This document shows, piece after piece, positions 12,726 through 26,577 of a stretch of DNA of 64,000 bases; the first letter of the stretch is position 1, and each line of letters starts with the position of its first letter. The position numbers and the translations under genes are program-made. The notes beneath the pieces were generated by a model that worked only from the letters and a program-made list of their open reading frames with translations, was not told the DNA's origin and did not search any database. Source of the stretch: Paramecium tetraurelia (lineage: Eukaryota); assembly GCA_000165425.1 (NCBI GenBank), contig CT868052.1, positions 434,001 to 498,000 of the forward strand. Reading direction: 5' to 3'.

Positions 12726-13268
12726 TCAACCTATATAATCATCTCTTTCATTGTTGTATTGTTATATTGTTTATTTGATTTTTGATGTATCAGACCAAGT
12801 GATATGATCTTCTTAGGATCTACTCACTAAAGTAGCAGGATCAGTGATTATTTTAGTTCCAATTCTAATATGTCCTTATTCAATATAAGTGCAAGCTTCT
12901 TTGGGTGTTTAGGCAAATTTAAGCTTGCATAACACAATAGGGAGTCTTCTTCTGCAAAATGCTGATACTGCTAATTTCTCACAATTTAATATGTTATCCT
13001 TTGTTGTAATAATTCCCATGTTGTACAATCTCTCCAACAATTATTCAGTTAGCTTTACTCTAAATGGATCTTAAGATGACAATAATTTTATTTTAGAAAT
13101 CATCGATGTAATATGACCGCACATCCTGTTATATTTATCATAATCTTCTCTATTAGATAAATTGTATCTTTTGATTATTTCAGCTTCTCTATGATCCTTT
13201 TCTTTCTTCCAATTATACAAATCAACCCTTTTTAATAGCTTTTTCTCATGAAATTTTAGCTTTCTCAT
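12726..13268 (-). CDS. IMP3: U3 snoRNP protein Imp3 (S4 RNA-binding domain)
   Basis: MRKLKFHEKKLLKRVDLYNW...VSAFCRRRLP...YIEQGHIRIG...DPATLVSRSQEDHITW...ERDDY; intronless under code 6. Confidence 0.96.
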
Positions 13269-13288
13269 AAATTAAATTTTTAATATTT

Positions 13289-14571
13289 ATGAAGAAAATA
13301 TTACATTTTTTTGAGGAAGTTGAAACTACAGATAGTAGAAAATCATTTGAAGCTTTTACTAGATGTAAAGGCAACATCATATTCGGTGCAAAAGTTTAAT
13401 TATATATAAATTATGTTAGAATGACTTGCCTAATATTATTGGGACTTTTTTTTTAATAGTAGCTATTATAATGTTGTACTTAATTTTTATATTTCCTGCA
13501 GCACTAGATTATTAATATAATGCTTTAGCAATTATAATTGCAATATGCTGTATACTTCCAATCACAACGCTTTTGAATGTTACAATGACAGGTTGAATTT
13601 CTATATATATTTTAATAGAACCTGGAGTGTTGTTAAAAGGAGACTTGCCTGATCCAAAATAATAATAATAATAATAGACAGTAGAAGAACTTGAATCAAC
13701 TACCTAATCAAATAAAAATTTTGCAGAAGTAGAGTCAATTAGGAATGGATCAAATCACATTTTATTAGTGGAAGGATCATAAAATTAAATTGAATTGAAT
13801 CTTGAAGTACCCAGCATTTATAAGGTCAGATATTGTTCAACTTGCAAAATTATGAGACCCTCTAAGGCTTCCCATTGTAAGCTCTAAAAGCTAACTAGGC
13901 AAATTCTGCAACCATTGTGTTGAAGGCTTTGATCATCATTGTTTTTGGGTTGGTACATGTATAGGAATAAGAAATTAAAGAGCATTTTTAATATTTTTAC
14001 AATCTTCCTTGATTGTAGCTATTCTTACCTTTTGCTAATGCTCATTAAATTGTAACGATTTTATATTAAATATAAGTGTATCACTAATACTTAGATATAT
14101 ACAATCTTTGGATATTAATGTTTAAAGAGGCTAGTATTCCTATTATAGTTATTTATGGAATATATTTTTGTTGTGGTTGTTGGACTCAATAAAGCTATTT
14201 GAATGTCATAATTATAATGATTATGTTCATTCTTCCAATAATTTACTCTGCTGTTCTCATTAACATTGAAGATGCATACAAAGATTACAGATATTATGAT
14301 AATCCTTTTTTAACATTTTTGGTTACAATCATTCTACTAGTCTGCTGTTGCTTCCTTCTTCCGTTTAATAGTATCAATTGCTATTATATATCATTAGTAA
14401 AATAATGTGAAAATATTATTTTAGGGTAAAACTGCAAAATAGTAGAAATCAGAAGATTAGTTTTATATAAAAAAATAATCCCTTCTGAAAACAAAACATA
14501 GTTCTTCAGAAGTATTTCAAAATTTAGTGAAATTTTATACATCTCCAATACCAATTAGTCGTAATTAATGA
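13289..14571 (+). CDS. DHHC palmitoyl acyltransferase (Erf2/ZDHHC9-like)
   Basis: [41 protein letters not shown]; flanking TM helices; several tiny introns. Confidence 0.93.
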
Positions 14572-14716
14572 TGATTTATTAATATTAAAAATTCTTATTA
14601 AAATATTTAAAATACAAATAGTAATCTAATTAATTTGAAAGTATTATTTTCAAAACCATTTGATGAAACAAATTATCTGAAATAAGTTGAAAATTACTAT
14701 AAATTATATTTCAAAA

Positions 14717-17700
14717 TCATTAAATTCTGCCTATGTAATCATCTAAGCTTATGAATTCAGCTTCGATAATTTCCTCCAGGGATTATGGACTGACTTCCAC
14801 TCTTTATTGATTTATATCAATTAAATGTTAGCATAAATACAATGCTTGTTATCTTAATTTAGATTCAAACTCCTATAATAATATAAAACATTTATTACTT
14901 GTACTTCTTAGACATCTTTAATCTTTACTAAACGCTTTTTCTTTAATAAGTTCTGTTGATATTAATCTGGATATAATGTATTTTCATAATCAACATTGTA
15001 ATTGGCTGTGATTGGAAATTGATAAGCCATGTAAGGTATAAATTTATATGGAGTTGTAATTTTTACTTTTTATTATTATTATTACTATTCCACTTACTAA
15101 AAGTTGATTGTTATACCGAAATCTAATGTTATTATAAAATATTACAATCAAATACAAATATCCATTCATAAAAATAGAATTCTTCAAGTTGAAACAATGA
15201 GAAAAGTTCAATAAGCTTTAAACCTGAGATCAACAAATATGGATTAGCTTACTTTCCCTTTCTATCAAAAATTTAGATTAACATACTAATTAAATAAGGC
15301 CATATTTTGCGAAAGACTTAAGTTAATGAAGATTAACTTAATCTTAAAACTAAGATTCTAATGCAAAAAATAATTAATATTGTTATTGCTTCATGCTGTT
15401 GATTAATATCCTTAATAACTGTTAAAATTGCATCTAACAAACTAGACAATTTGGATTAGTATTTATCTACACCTCCTGAATAGATTATAAAGCAAACTCT
15501 TTCGAATCCTTTTGTTTTCTTTAGTATCTCTGCTGATTTGCTCTAAAACAACCCAGTAAATCCTTAAAGGATCTTTGAATTATTTCCTAATTGATCTGTT
15601 AACAAATCTGTTTTGTCTGATATTATGTCAATGATTTCAGTCCAGAATTTTAGGCATCTTCCTGTGCACTTGAAAAACTCTTATTTATTGAAAATATTTA
15701 AAATATCATTTAAGAATATTTAGGATAGTTAGTCTTTTGAAAGTTTGAGTATAGAATGCAGTAATTCTGAGGCTGATTCCACTATAATCTAATTTTCTCT
15801 ATCTTCAAATAACGGGAATATTAATGCCATAAATTCTTTAGTATTTTCAACTATTCTTTCACCTCTTGATACTTCATAAGTGTTTATTAAAGTCACCTAT
15901 GATAATCTTTTTAATGTTTTTAAGGCAATAATTGAACATTTTTTAGAGAAATCTTGTTGTTCTAATTTCAAACCTTTCTATTGATATGGATCAAATAAAT
16001 TTCTTTATATAAAACATTCATTCCACCCTTCCTCTGTTTTCTCAACATCTTTTTATCTTAATTGATAATACTCAGTATAGAGTTCAAATATAGTCGGAGT
16101 GAAAGGAACAATAAGTTATAAGTTTTGATCAAATTAAGATTAACTAAAGTTCTCAAGGGAAGAAGATGTAAATGTCACATATTGATATTGCATAGAGGCT
16201 ATTTCAGCCAAAATTACCAAAATCTATCTTAATTGTGTATGCAACTCCTTTCTGAATTCTTCCAAGACATCTTTTGGAGAGAATTTCCATGACATTAGAT
16301 GAATGATCTCCAATAAAAAACATATTGTATTAATGTGTCTAGATTATAAGAGGGATTTTGAAAATTATAGAAAACCATTCCACAATCTAATCAATTCTCT
16401 GTTTTTGAGATTTTAAAATAAAACTGATGAAAAATAAGTATATAAAAAGAATAAAATTCCATTCTCAAAAGTTGCTTGATCATAATTGAATTGATATGGT
16501 CCCTTTTTATATTTATTTTTTTAGTAATACTAAATTATTCCCTGAACCTATTGTGTATTAATGAAAGCAGCAATAAAATCATCTGGGGATATTTGTAGAG
16601 TTATTGCGATTTCAATTAGCTTACACATATTTAAATTAATCTTAGGATCAGCATAGAAATTGACTGAGTATTCATTTTACCAAATTAATAAAAAGGATTA
16701 AATTAATGTAGTCGTAAAATGAGTGGAACAAGGTTTCAATAATTATAAAATTGATTACTAAATTTAGTCTTCGTCTGAATAATCTTCTTCTTGCTTAAAT
16801 AGTTAATCTTTGAGTTATTTATTAAATTAATCGAATTTATCATATTCATAAATGAAACAACCTTTGGTAAAAAGATGATCCCATTTTAATGAGCATCTCC
16901 AACATTCCAAATAGGATTATATAATTTATGGAAAATATTTCAAGAGCATCTAGCAAGTATCAGGGAAGTTTTCAAATTATAATTACTCTTGTTATTTTTT
17001 TAATTTTAATGTTTTATCAGCTTTTTTGAAAAAAAGATTTAGTGTAAATAAATCTACTAAAACACCTGCTGCATTTGGTCTCTAATCAATTTCTTTAGAA
17101 TCATATTTGAATTAGAAAAAATAACAAATTATTGCTCTTATAGAATTAGATAATGACATTACTTCTTCAAAATCATCTCCGGACAATGTAGTTTTGATTG
17201 AAGGTTGCTCATTATTTAATTATTATATATTAACTTATTAGAAATTATTATTATATTATTCTTATTTCTGATTCTTTAATATCTTCACATTTGAAACACG
17301 TCTAAATGATTTGACTATTTGGCTATTATTATATTCGCATAATTTTAGTAATGCTAACAAAGATGTAAGTATCAATATAATTTTTTCATTTATTATCTTC
17401 GGAGGCAATAAATAACTGATAGAATAAATACCAACAACAATAGTATTTAAATATCTTTATTTGAGATAGTAAACTTTAGCTAATTTTAATCCATTTACCA
17501 GATTATCAAAAAAGAGTTGTTAATCATAGATATCAATCAGTTTTACTTTATTTTCAGATGACAAATCTTTTTATAACTCATATGTATGGAGCAAGAAAAC
17601 TTTAACCAGATTTAACAGTTGTAATTGTAATACTTGATCTTTACTTTTTATAACTTAATCAAACTTGTTTAAGATGGTATTGAAATATTAGATCAAAATT

Positions 17701-20437
17701 TAGGTCTTACTCTTTTCATTTATTGTATTATTAATAACAATTTCTAAAAGCTCTGCACTTATTGCATTGATTTTTGTATATTCATTATTTTAAAAATCAG
17801 CCACTATAAATTGAATTAGAGTCAAACATATTAATTTGTAGTACGTATTGATATTTTCATCTTCATAAAATGTTGGTCTAGTTTTTTCAATATATGGTTA
17901 AAACCATTCTTTCGACGAATATAAGGATTGTAATTTCTTGATTGAATCAACTGCTAAATCAAGAGAAAATTCATTCTTTTTTTCAATATCTTTTTAAAAA
18001 TTGATTAATCTTAACATAATAGGATCCAATATTCTAAAAAAGAAAGGAGCCGATTCAGATAACCATGTTTTTGTATTATATCTAATCAAAGGATTTTCAT
18101 GTTCCAAAAAGTTTAACATTTGAATGATTCCAACTCCAGTATTTTTATTTGGATGTCTTTTGTAATAAGTATTTGTTATTCTGCAATATATCTAAAATCT
18201 CCTTTAATCCCCTTATTTTAAAGATGATTCTATCACATAAACAAAAACATGTTGAAAATTTTCAGTTATATACAGAAGAAATTCGACAATCATTTAATCA
18301 TGATAATTTTAATCTAAAAGTATCCACAATTTTTCAAAGATTTACTTTATATAATTATGTTAATTATTATTATTCTAATGATGATTCTATGTTTAATCCA
18401 TACATAGGGATAAAATATTTGGAAACGGTTCTAAATCTTAATAGCTGTGTTTAGTTATCATATCAGTTAGTGATTGTATATTTTAATGAAGTGAAGCTGA
18501 CTTAAGTAGTTCTATTAAAATTTAAATGGAATATAAATTTATTTTATTTGTTCCTTAATCCAAAGATTTAAAGAGTTATTTAATCCAACTAGGTATTTCT
18601 TAGTATTAATAATTTCCTTGTTTCATTAAATATAATTATGATCTCAATAAAATTAGGGATAAAATTGGAAATAATGTTTCTTATTCATTGTTAATTGAGT
18701 ATTCATTAATTTAAATGTAATAATTGCAATACTAAGAGATGATATCAATGTCAATTTGATTTAATTGCACTAATATTGAATTTTTGGATGGTTCTACCTA
18801 TTTATTGTAATTGCTTCCCAAAACTGCCTATAACTCTTTATCATTTTCTAAAATTTCTAATCTCTTTCTTATTTTATTAATGCAATCCACGGTTTATTCC
18901 AATAACAATTAGGATATTGAAGTTTCAAACACTTATTCACAAGTCAAATTCATCAACTCTTTTATTATTATAATAATAAATTCTTGTAAACATTCAGTTC
19001 TTTATTAAAACAATTATAGATCTTCAATTTTTGATAAATCTGAAAATTATTATATCATTAAATTATTAAGACAAAAGTCAAAAATTAGAATACATTCCTT
19101 AATCTAATCTTGCTTTTAATCTTTCATATGTTTATTTAATTGTTCAAATAGGGATTTTATGATTAATTCACTATGACTGGATATGCTCTCAATAAGTCTC
19201 TCCCCTCCTTTCAATAACTCTACAAGTTTTTCATTTTAATTCCCATTTTTGTATTGGACAGTCTTATGATAAATGTATTTAGCTAGAGAATATCCAATTT
19301 AAAATAGAGTTAATTGAACAGTTTCTGGATGTTGCATATACCAATTTTATAGCACTTTCAGGGGATCCCCTTATTCTTCAATTAATATTCTTTTTAATCC
19401 TTCCTAGATATAAAGGATATTGGGATTGTTTTCAGAGAGCTCTTCTTCTCCAATTAACCAATTGTTTATTCTTCTTATGACTGCATGATCTTATTTTTAA
19501 AATAAAAGCAAGGCTTATTCAATCAGTATTAATTGTTCTTGTTATGAAAAGACTTTATCTTAAATTTTGCAATGCAAAGTCATAAAATCTAAGGCTGCCC
19601 TTTTTACTAGTGAAGATTCATCATCCAAAGATGCCAAAAGAGCATTAATAACCAAAGCACTTTTATTTGGCATCTTATCGTCTTCTTTTAATTCATTTTC
19701 ATTTAATTCAATTTATTATTATCTTGTCCATCTCTTCATTAGATATTTATATGCTCCTAACCTACTTCTAACTGATCTAATTATTGTTATCCAAAGTAAT
19801 CCAAAAAATTGTTTTACTCCTACGCTTTCACATGCTTAATCAAGAGAAGACATTACCTAGTGTCTATATAGAAATTACCTTTTTCATCATCTCCTCGTTT
19901 GTATCCTCCATACCAACAATTATGGAATTTATCAAGCCTCCCATACATGGTAATAATTCTCTCTTTAAGGGATAGTAATATTTTTCAAGAATGCTTAAAA
20001 ACATAGGCTTACATTAAATGGATGCAAACCCAAAGAATGGAAATAGACCAAGGGAAAATAATGGCAAATCTTATATTAGATCATACTCTGAATCTGAACA
20101 TAGTATTTGCAATATCAAATCATAAAGAGTAAGTGCATTTTCATGAATAGCTTTATTCCAAATAGGACTTAAACATTGTGCTAACCTTTTGCATAATAAT
20201 TTTTTCTTTGGGATATAGGTGCCTTAATATGATTTAAAAATTGCTTGTAACTTAAGTAACCACTAAAAATAAATTGTGATGAACTACCTATCCTAAATCT
20301 GACCATTCTTTTAGAGATTCATAGCTTTTTAATATCGCAACGATCTTGGATTTTTACTTCGTTTGATCTTCAGTCTTCACCTTTATAACAGCTTAACTTT
20401 CTGAGTTTCTGTTTTGATGTTTTTGATCATTAAACAT
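14717..20437 (-). CDS. DOP1: Dopey/DOP1 family large trafficking scaffold
   Basis: N-terminal YESLKEWSDL...IPKKKLLCKRLAQCLSP...IHENALTLYDLI and later VRSRLGAYKYL and LDDESSLVKRAALDF match the Dopey N-terminal domain; ~5.7 kb gene. Confidence 0.85.
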
Positions 20438-20489
20438 TCTATATTATATATAATATTCTTAATTATAATTAATTTATAGATAAATAAAT

Positions 20490-21474
20490 TCAATATTATT
20501 TATTTGATTATTATTTGTGTCTCTTAATTAGATCCTTAACACTTTCTTATTTTTTTTTTTTAATTGTTTCTAACCTAGCATTTCTAGATTCACTCCTGCT
20601 TTGACTAGATTTGCTCTTATTTCTCTTATTATTGTCCTTATTTTTAATGTTTTCTTTTGGATCTCTAATTGGTCTACTCGCCATAACATCAGTTTCTGTA
20701 TTTTAAGACTCTTTAGTTATTGAAGTTCTTAAATAAGACTGCTTTTCCTTTTATTTAATGGAATATAAATCATGCTCAATTTATTTCAAATGGTTTTTAG
20801 TTAATTCTTAATCTTATATGACACTATCTAAGACAATCTTCAGATCATTTAATTAATTTTGATATACTAAACTATTATTTAACACTCTGTCAGAGTCACT
20901 ACCCTTTAAATATGCTTCTTATTTAATATTATGTTCTAATCTTTGTAATCTTGATTCTATTTTTTAATAATCAGTTTTTAAAGCGCTCTACCTCACTTCA
21001 TCCATGATTACATCTATTTTTTTATTAACTATAGTTTCAAATTCCTAAATTTAGGGTTATTCTTCTCCTAATGATCTCTAAATTTCTAAAATTTATTATT
21101 CAATATTTAGATTTTAGTCTTTTAAGTAATTGAGTTCTTCATTGTATAACTATTCCATTGAGATATTAATATGATTTCTAATATTTTTATTTTCCTATTC
21201 CTGTGATGTAGCAAAATGTTATAGCAATTTGATTAATTTAATAAAGCTTTCAAATTTCTCCTCATGTTCTTAGAGAGTTTCTTCAACAAATTTCATTCTA
21301 TCGTCGTATTTTTTGCTTAAATACTATTAGATCTAATCACAAATGATTTTATACTTTATCTATTTATTAATCCAGTTATATACTTTCCTTACATGAATTT
21401 TATTTAATTCTGTCTTCGCTAGTTGTTCGTAACACAGGAGAAGTGTTTCTTTTATGCTTATCCGAATAACTCAT
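20490..21474 (-). CDS. Hypothetical coiled-coil protein
   Basis: MSYSDKHKRNTSPVLRTTSEDRIKQ...; E/Q/K-rich heptads; TGA at 20490-20492. Confidence 0.65.
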
Positions 21475-21583
21475 TGATTAATTAATTATTTTGCTGTTAA
21501 AAATATAATTAATTTTCTCATATTTTTAATCAATCTTTATTTCCATTTTTTTGATAAATATTTAAATCTAAATAGAAATAGCC

Positions 21584-22275
21584 ATGCACAAATTATTGAA
21601 GGAAGTTGTTAAAGTCTACACCCAATTCCAAAAATTAGGACCAACTTACCTAGACACCTTTGATAATCGTGCCATTACTGAAGCTACCTTTGAAGCTGTT
21701 AAAACGAAACAATTACAAGAATATGTCAAAAAAGAATTCAAGCCCATTGGAGACGTCTCCATGTTGCCTATACATCTAGAGCCAGAGCATCGTTTCACTA
21801 TTGCTATGTTTGCTTTGAGACCAGGAGTCAGAATGCCTTTACACGATCATCCCAATATGTTCGTTTTGAGCCATGTTATGAATGGTTTGGGGGAAAGAGA
21901 AGCTTGGGATGTCGATCCTATTGATCATCATCAGTAGATTGAATTCAGAAGGAATAAGGGAGATTCTAGAATTGTGAAGGGAATTCAATATCCAAAATTA
22001 CAACTCAAAGAAGGTGATAATTGCTACACAACTCCTAATAAGTGCAATTTACACAAGTTTTCGAATGTACTTCATTATTTTATGCTTTATAGATTCATGA
22101 ATCTGAACTATTCATATTCCTTGATGTTATCTTGCCTCATTACAATGGAGTTGATAGGGTTATCAACTTCTATGAACCATTTAGTGAAGACTAATTGGAA
22201 TTGATGGGAAATCCTAAAACCTATTAGAGACATCCCATTGATGTTGATGATATCAGAGAGTTTATCGTTTAATGA
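21584..22275 (+). CDS. ADO: Thiol dioxygenase, ADO / plant cysteine oxidase family (cupin)
   Basis: FTIAMFALRPGVRMPLHDHPNMFVLS, TPNKCNLHKF, FLDVILPHY: the 3-His PCO/ADO motifs. Confidence 0.85.
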
Positions 22276-22385
22276 AAAATTAGACATAATACCTATGATT
22301 TATCATTACGTAATAAATTATCAACAAATTAAATCTTCTTATATTAATAATGCTTTATTATATAATTGATTATAAATATTAATTT

Positions 22386-23039
22386 ATGCTTTAACCACTA
22401 AAAGAAGAGGAATTAAATGAAATTTATACATGGGTCGATCAAATACCTCTCAGCAGACCAAAAAAGAATATAGCCAGAGATTTCGCTGATGGCATATTGA
22501 TGGCTGAAATAATGCATTACTTTCTACCTAAATTGGTTGATGTATTAATGATTTGAATTTGAACAGATGCATAATTACAGTCAAGCAAGTTCGGTCAAAT
22601 AGAAAAAGTATAACTGGGATACATTAAACACAAAAGTATTCAAAAGGATCGGCTTTACTCTCTCCAAGTTCAAATTTGAATATTTAATATAGAGATTAAG
22701 TTGATAGTGTGATTTCATGCTAATCTGAAGCCATTGAGAGAGTATTGAAGTTTGTTTAAGCCAAATTGGAATACTATTTAGAAAACAATACTAATTCTGC
22801 TGAAAAACAACCTCAACAAACAGACAGTCAAACTGCACCACCACCATTATTAGCAAATGAATGGCAAAAAGATTAACAAATTTTTGAATTGCGAGAAACA
22901 ATTGAGGTTACTATTTCATTATAATTTGCATTTCTAGGTATTAGAATAAAAATTGCATCGTATGGACGAACTCATGAAATAAAAAGATGCTAAAATATTG
23001 AGGTATTAATAATTGCTATAATAAAATGGTTTATTATGA
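22386..23039 (+). CDS. SPEF1: Spef1/CLAMP-like CH-domain microtubule-binding protein
   Basis: EIYTWVDQIPLSRPKKNIARDFADGILMAEI...MHNYSQASSVKQKKYNWDTLN; C-terminal coiled coil. Confidence 0.9.
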
Positions 23040-23103
23040 AACAACCCATAAAATTAATATCATTATTATTTATATCATAATATGAGTATTTTACTATATT
23101 ATT

Positions 23104-23179
23104 TAATATGATGAATCGTACAATGGATCAACCATCTGAAACAGCATTGATGTCAGTTTCAACGTCGCTATCTGATAAA
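23104..23179 (+). ncRNA. Box C/D snoRNA with two rRNA guides
   Basis: C ATGATGA 23108-14, D' CTGA 23136-39, C' TTGATGT 23147-53, D CTGA 23172-75. Guide GGATCAACCA is antisense to SSU UGGUUGAUCC. Guide CAACGTCGCTAT is antisense to LSU AUAGCGACGUUG. Confidence 0.85.
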
Positions 23180-23919
23180 ATATAACTATTATTATTTTTA
23201 TAATCAACCCAATTCATTAATCATAATAATTTAGCATATCAAGATTTCATATATCAAATAATGTCCATCTGCAAAATCTAGAATTTCTTATTTAAAATAA
23301 AATATTGAAATGCCTACTCATATCAATTCCCAATAATAATTTATTGGTTATCTAAAAGAAATATGTTACAAGGGTAAATTTTATTTATTGAATGGGGTGG
23401 TCTCTAAAATAAAATTATTTGCGATTTGTGAAAATCAAACTCAAACTTAAGAAATACCAAATATCATAATTAAAGTAAAATTAATGGATAGGATATATCT
23501 CCAGACTTTCAAGTATACTTTGTTTTAACAATATTGTCTTGAAACATAAATTAACTAATTATGTTTAATTAAGCACTCTTATTTTTGATTAAACTATCTC
23601 AAAATTTGGATGTTAATCCATATTCTGACTGTTTATATATTAATGGATCAGTCTGTTATTATATTATTAATCAGAAAAAAGAAAGAATCGGTATAAAATT
23701 ATTTTTTAATTTAATAATGCTAATCTTTAGTTAAAGTCAATTAATCAAGTTAAAAATAAGTTAAGTGAAAAAGACTAGTTAAAACCTTTTGCTTCACATA
23801 CCTTGAGTAAAATTATCAGTAATATTCTGATAATATTTAGAGTTATATTTTAAACTAATTTGGAATAATAAAATTAAGTAAATGATCTTTTAAATTAAAA
23901 ATAATTATTTGATTCAAAA

Positions 23920-23950
23920 TCATTGTGTTTGTACTTAATCAGGTAATTCC

Positions 23951-24023
<73 letters not shown>

Positions 24024-25558
24024 GTTATTATTATTATTGCTATTATTGTTATAGTTATTGTTACTATTATAATTATTATTACTGTTATCGTTATTTTTAT
24101 TCATGATATTATTATTATTATTGCTCTTATCTTTAAATTAATTCCGAATTAGATTATTGTAATTATTTTTATGACTCTTGTATTAGTTTTTCCAAAAAGT
24201 CATTTTCAGCTTAATACAATTTAGTTTCTGATTATTAGATAGATCTCAGGAATTTATGATAGTGATTGACCCTTGTCTTTCTATATCTATCAATTTCTTT
24301 AGTGGCTATGATTGCAGTGATGATGTTATACAATTATGATAACTTGTCTATTTCTAGTTATCCCTAATTATTATTAATAATTTACTTCTGAAATTCTTGT
24401 TTCAACTTTAACTTATGAAGCATCTTTTGATTTGTTATATGTAGAATTGGTGATAGTGGTTAAAGTTTATTGTTTTGCTGCCATTTTGGCTAATTCAGCT
24501 TAGTCTTCTCTCATTTTTTATTCTTATTTTGCTCTGATAATGACAATTTGATCTCTATAGGCGAGGGTTTGTTACATAGACTCAGCATCTTTCAATTCAT
24601 AGCGAAACAAGTCAGTTAAATTATTAATGCTATTAGTTTTTTTATGGCTTTCTTTCTATTAATATTATCAATTACAATTTATACTATATCTTCTAGAACT
24701 TTTTTATATTCATCTTGATTTGAAGGATTTGAGAGTACTAATTATTACTCCTTACCATAAACGTATTCATTAAGTATAGTCTTTTCATAGAGAGGCAAAG
24801 ATCCATAAAATAAATTCACTAAAGTAAAATATTAAATATACTTTTTTCATCCTATAGTATCTTTCTAGCTTATGCAACAATATTGGATTGGTCAATATAG
24901 GTTTTTAGAATAGCTTAAGTTTTTCGTAATTAACCTGAGAAATTACTGATGGCCAACATATATTCACTATTTTGTTGGTCTCTGACATCGAGATTTGGGA
25001 AGGCTGTCTTAAGTCTTTCAATAATTTCTGATGTAGTTGGTGGCTTTTACTGTTGGTAAGTCTAATAATAATGAAATTGATGTTTACTTTTGCAATATCT
25101 TGAGAACTGGATCTTAGGAACAACTATTAAAAATCTTCAGATATGTAAATGTAGGGTAATAACGATATGGCAACCAAAAAGACTTCCAAAAGTCTTCTTC
25201 TGATTTAAACAGTTTCTAAATCATTGCCACTTGCTAGAGCTTTTTCAGGGATTGGTGGAATGTAGCATCCTGGCCATTTTTTGACCAATTACTCTCTTAA
25301 TTCAAAGAAATCATTATATCTTCTATAAACTTCGAATGACCCTTGATTGTCTGAGCCTTTAATCAAGTAGGCTGTGAATTTTTATCCAAAACCTGCATCT
25401 TTGATGATCACATCTTCAATTGAAATTGAGACTTATAAATCAAGAGTTTCGACTTCTTTAATCTACTGTTGTTAGAGGACAGTCTGAGGCAATACCTACT
25501 ACTCGTCGTTTTATTTTATCACTTGTTCTTGAGAATTTGGCTCTGATTATTAATCCAT
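23920..25558 (-). CDS. PX-domain sorting nexin with coiled-coil (BAR-like) region and poly-Gln tail
   Basis: FTAYLIKG...FEVYRRYNDFFELREQLVKKWPGCYIPPIPEK...IRRRLLEVFL; ends (Q)n ELPDQVQTQ*. Confidence 0.9.
23951..24023. repeat. (TAA/TTA)n microsatellite, ~24 units, encoding poly-Gln
   Basis: Perfect TAT/TTA triplet run within the sorting-nexin 3' coding region. Confidence 0.95.
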
Positions 25559-25735
25559 ATAGAAATTAATGATTAATTTTTATTTGATTGATGAAAGTAA
25601 TTGTGATTGATGATGATTTCATGGATATATATTTTTATGAAAATGACAATAAATTAAAAAAATTGTAAAGACTAATAGTAACTTTGAGCAGATTTGATAT
25701 ATCATTACAATAAAATATTAATCTAAATTATAATA

Positions 25736-26480
25736 ATGGAAAAGAAAGTCCTATTTATTCGACATGCAGAGTCAGAGTATAATTTAGCTTAAAGGATTGC
25801 AAAAAATTCAGTGGCTGAAGTTAAATTAGAAGAAGAAGATCAGGATGTGAAATACTCATCTAAATATTGTGATGCTCCATTAACTAAATTTGGAAGAGAA
25901 TAAGTACATACCAACATAGCTTATTAAACTTACTTAGTGTGAACCATCTAAATTTGAAGACCTTCGAATTGAGACAGTAGTTGTAAGTCCATTAAAAAGA
26001 GCAGTTGAAACGGCTGTCTTACTCTTTTAAAACCATCCCAATAAACCTAAATTTGTAGTGGAACCGTATTTGCGTGAAATGTTTATGTCAGGATGTGATT
26101 TTGGGATCAGACTATAAGAAACTATGAATGAATATCCATTCATTAATTATGATAGATTATTATCGAATCCAATAGTAAAAGAGCATCCGAACATGTGGTC
26201 GCTTGAATTTATATACAATCAAAAGAGTGCGGATGTTTTGAAACAATACATTCAAGAGACTTAATATGGAAGTTAGGCTTGTATTGATAAGGTTTTGGAG
26301 TACATGAAAACGAATCCAATCTAAGTTGAGACTTTTGAGGAGAATACCAAAAGGGTGGAGGAATGTAAGAAGTACCTCTAATTTGATGGACCTTTCGTAT
26401 GTGTTTCTCATTCAAGAACTATACAAACTTTGACTGGCTAATTCATTCATAATTGTACTGGAATTGAAGTCAGTTTATGA
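25736..26480 (+). CDS. Histidine phosphatase (phosphoglycerate-mutase-like) family protein
   Basis: VLFIRHAESEYN, DAPLTKFGREQ, VVSPLKRAVETA, LRE, VCVSHS. Confidence 0.9.
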
Positions 26481-26577
26481 AGTGTATGAATTATGGCAAT
26501 TATAAAATAAATCAATATATCTCATTTATTATCATCAGAATAAACTATTTATTTATTTCTTAATTAATAATAATAAT

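Noticed and set aside
18300..18360. Apparent in-frame TGAs inside Dopey
   Set aside because: They are in another frame; the coding frame reads ...YIKQIFEKLWILLD without interruption.
23895..24152. Poly-Asn and poly-Ile ORFs
   Set aside because: Alternative frames of the (TAA)n repeat; the real frame is poly-Gln in the sorting nexin.
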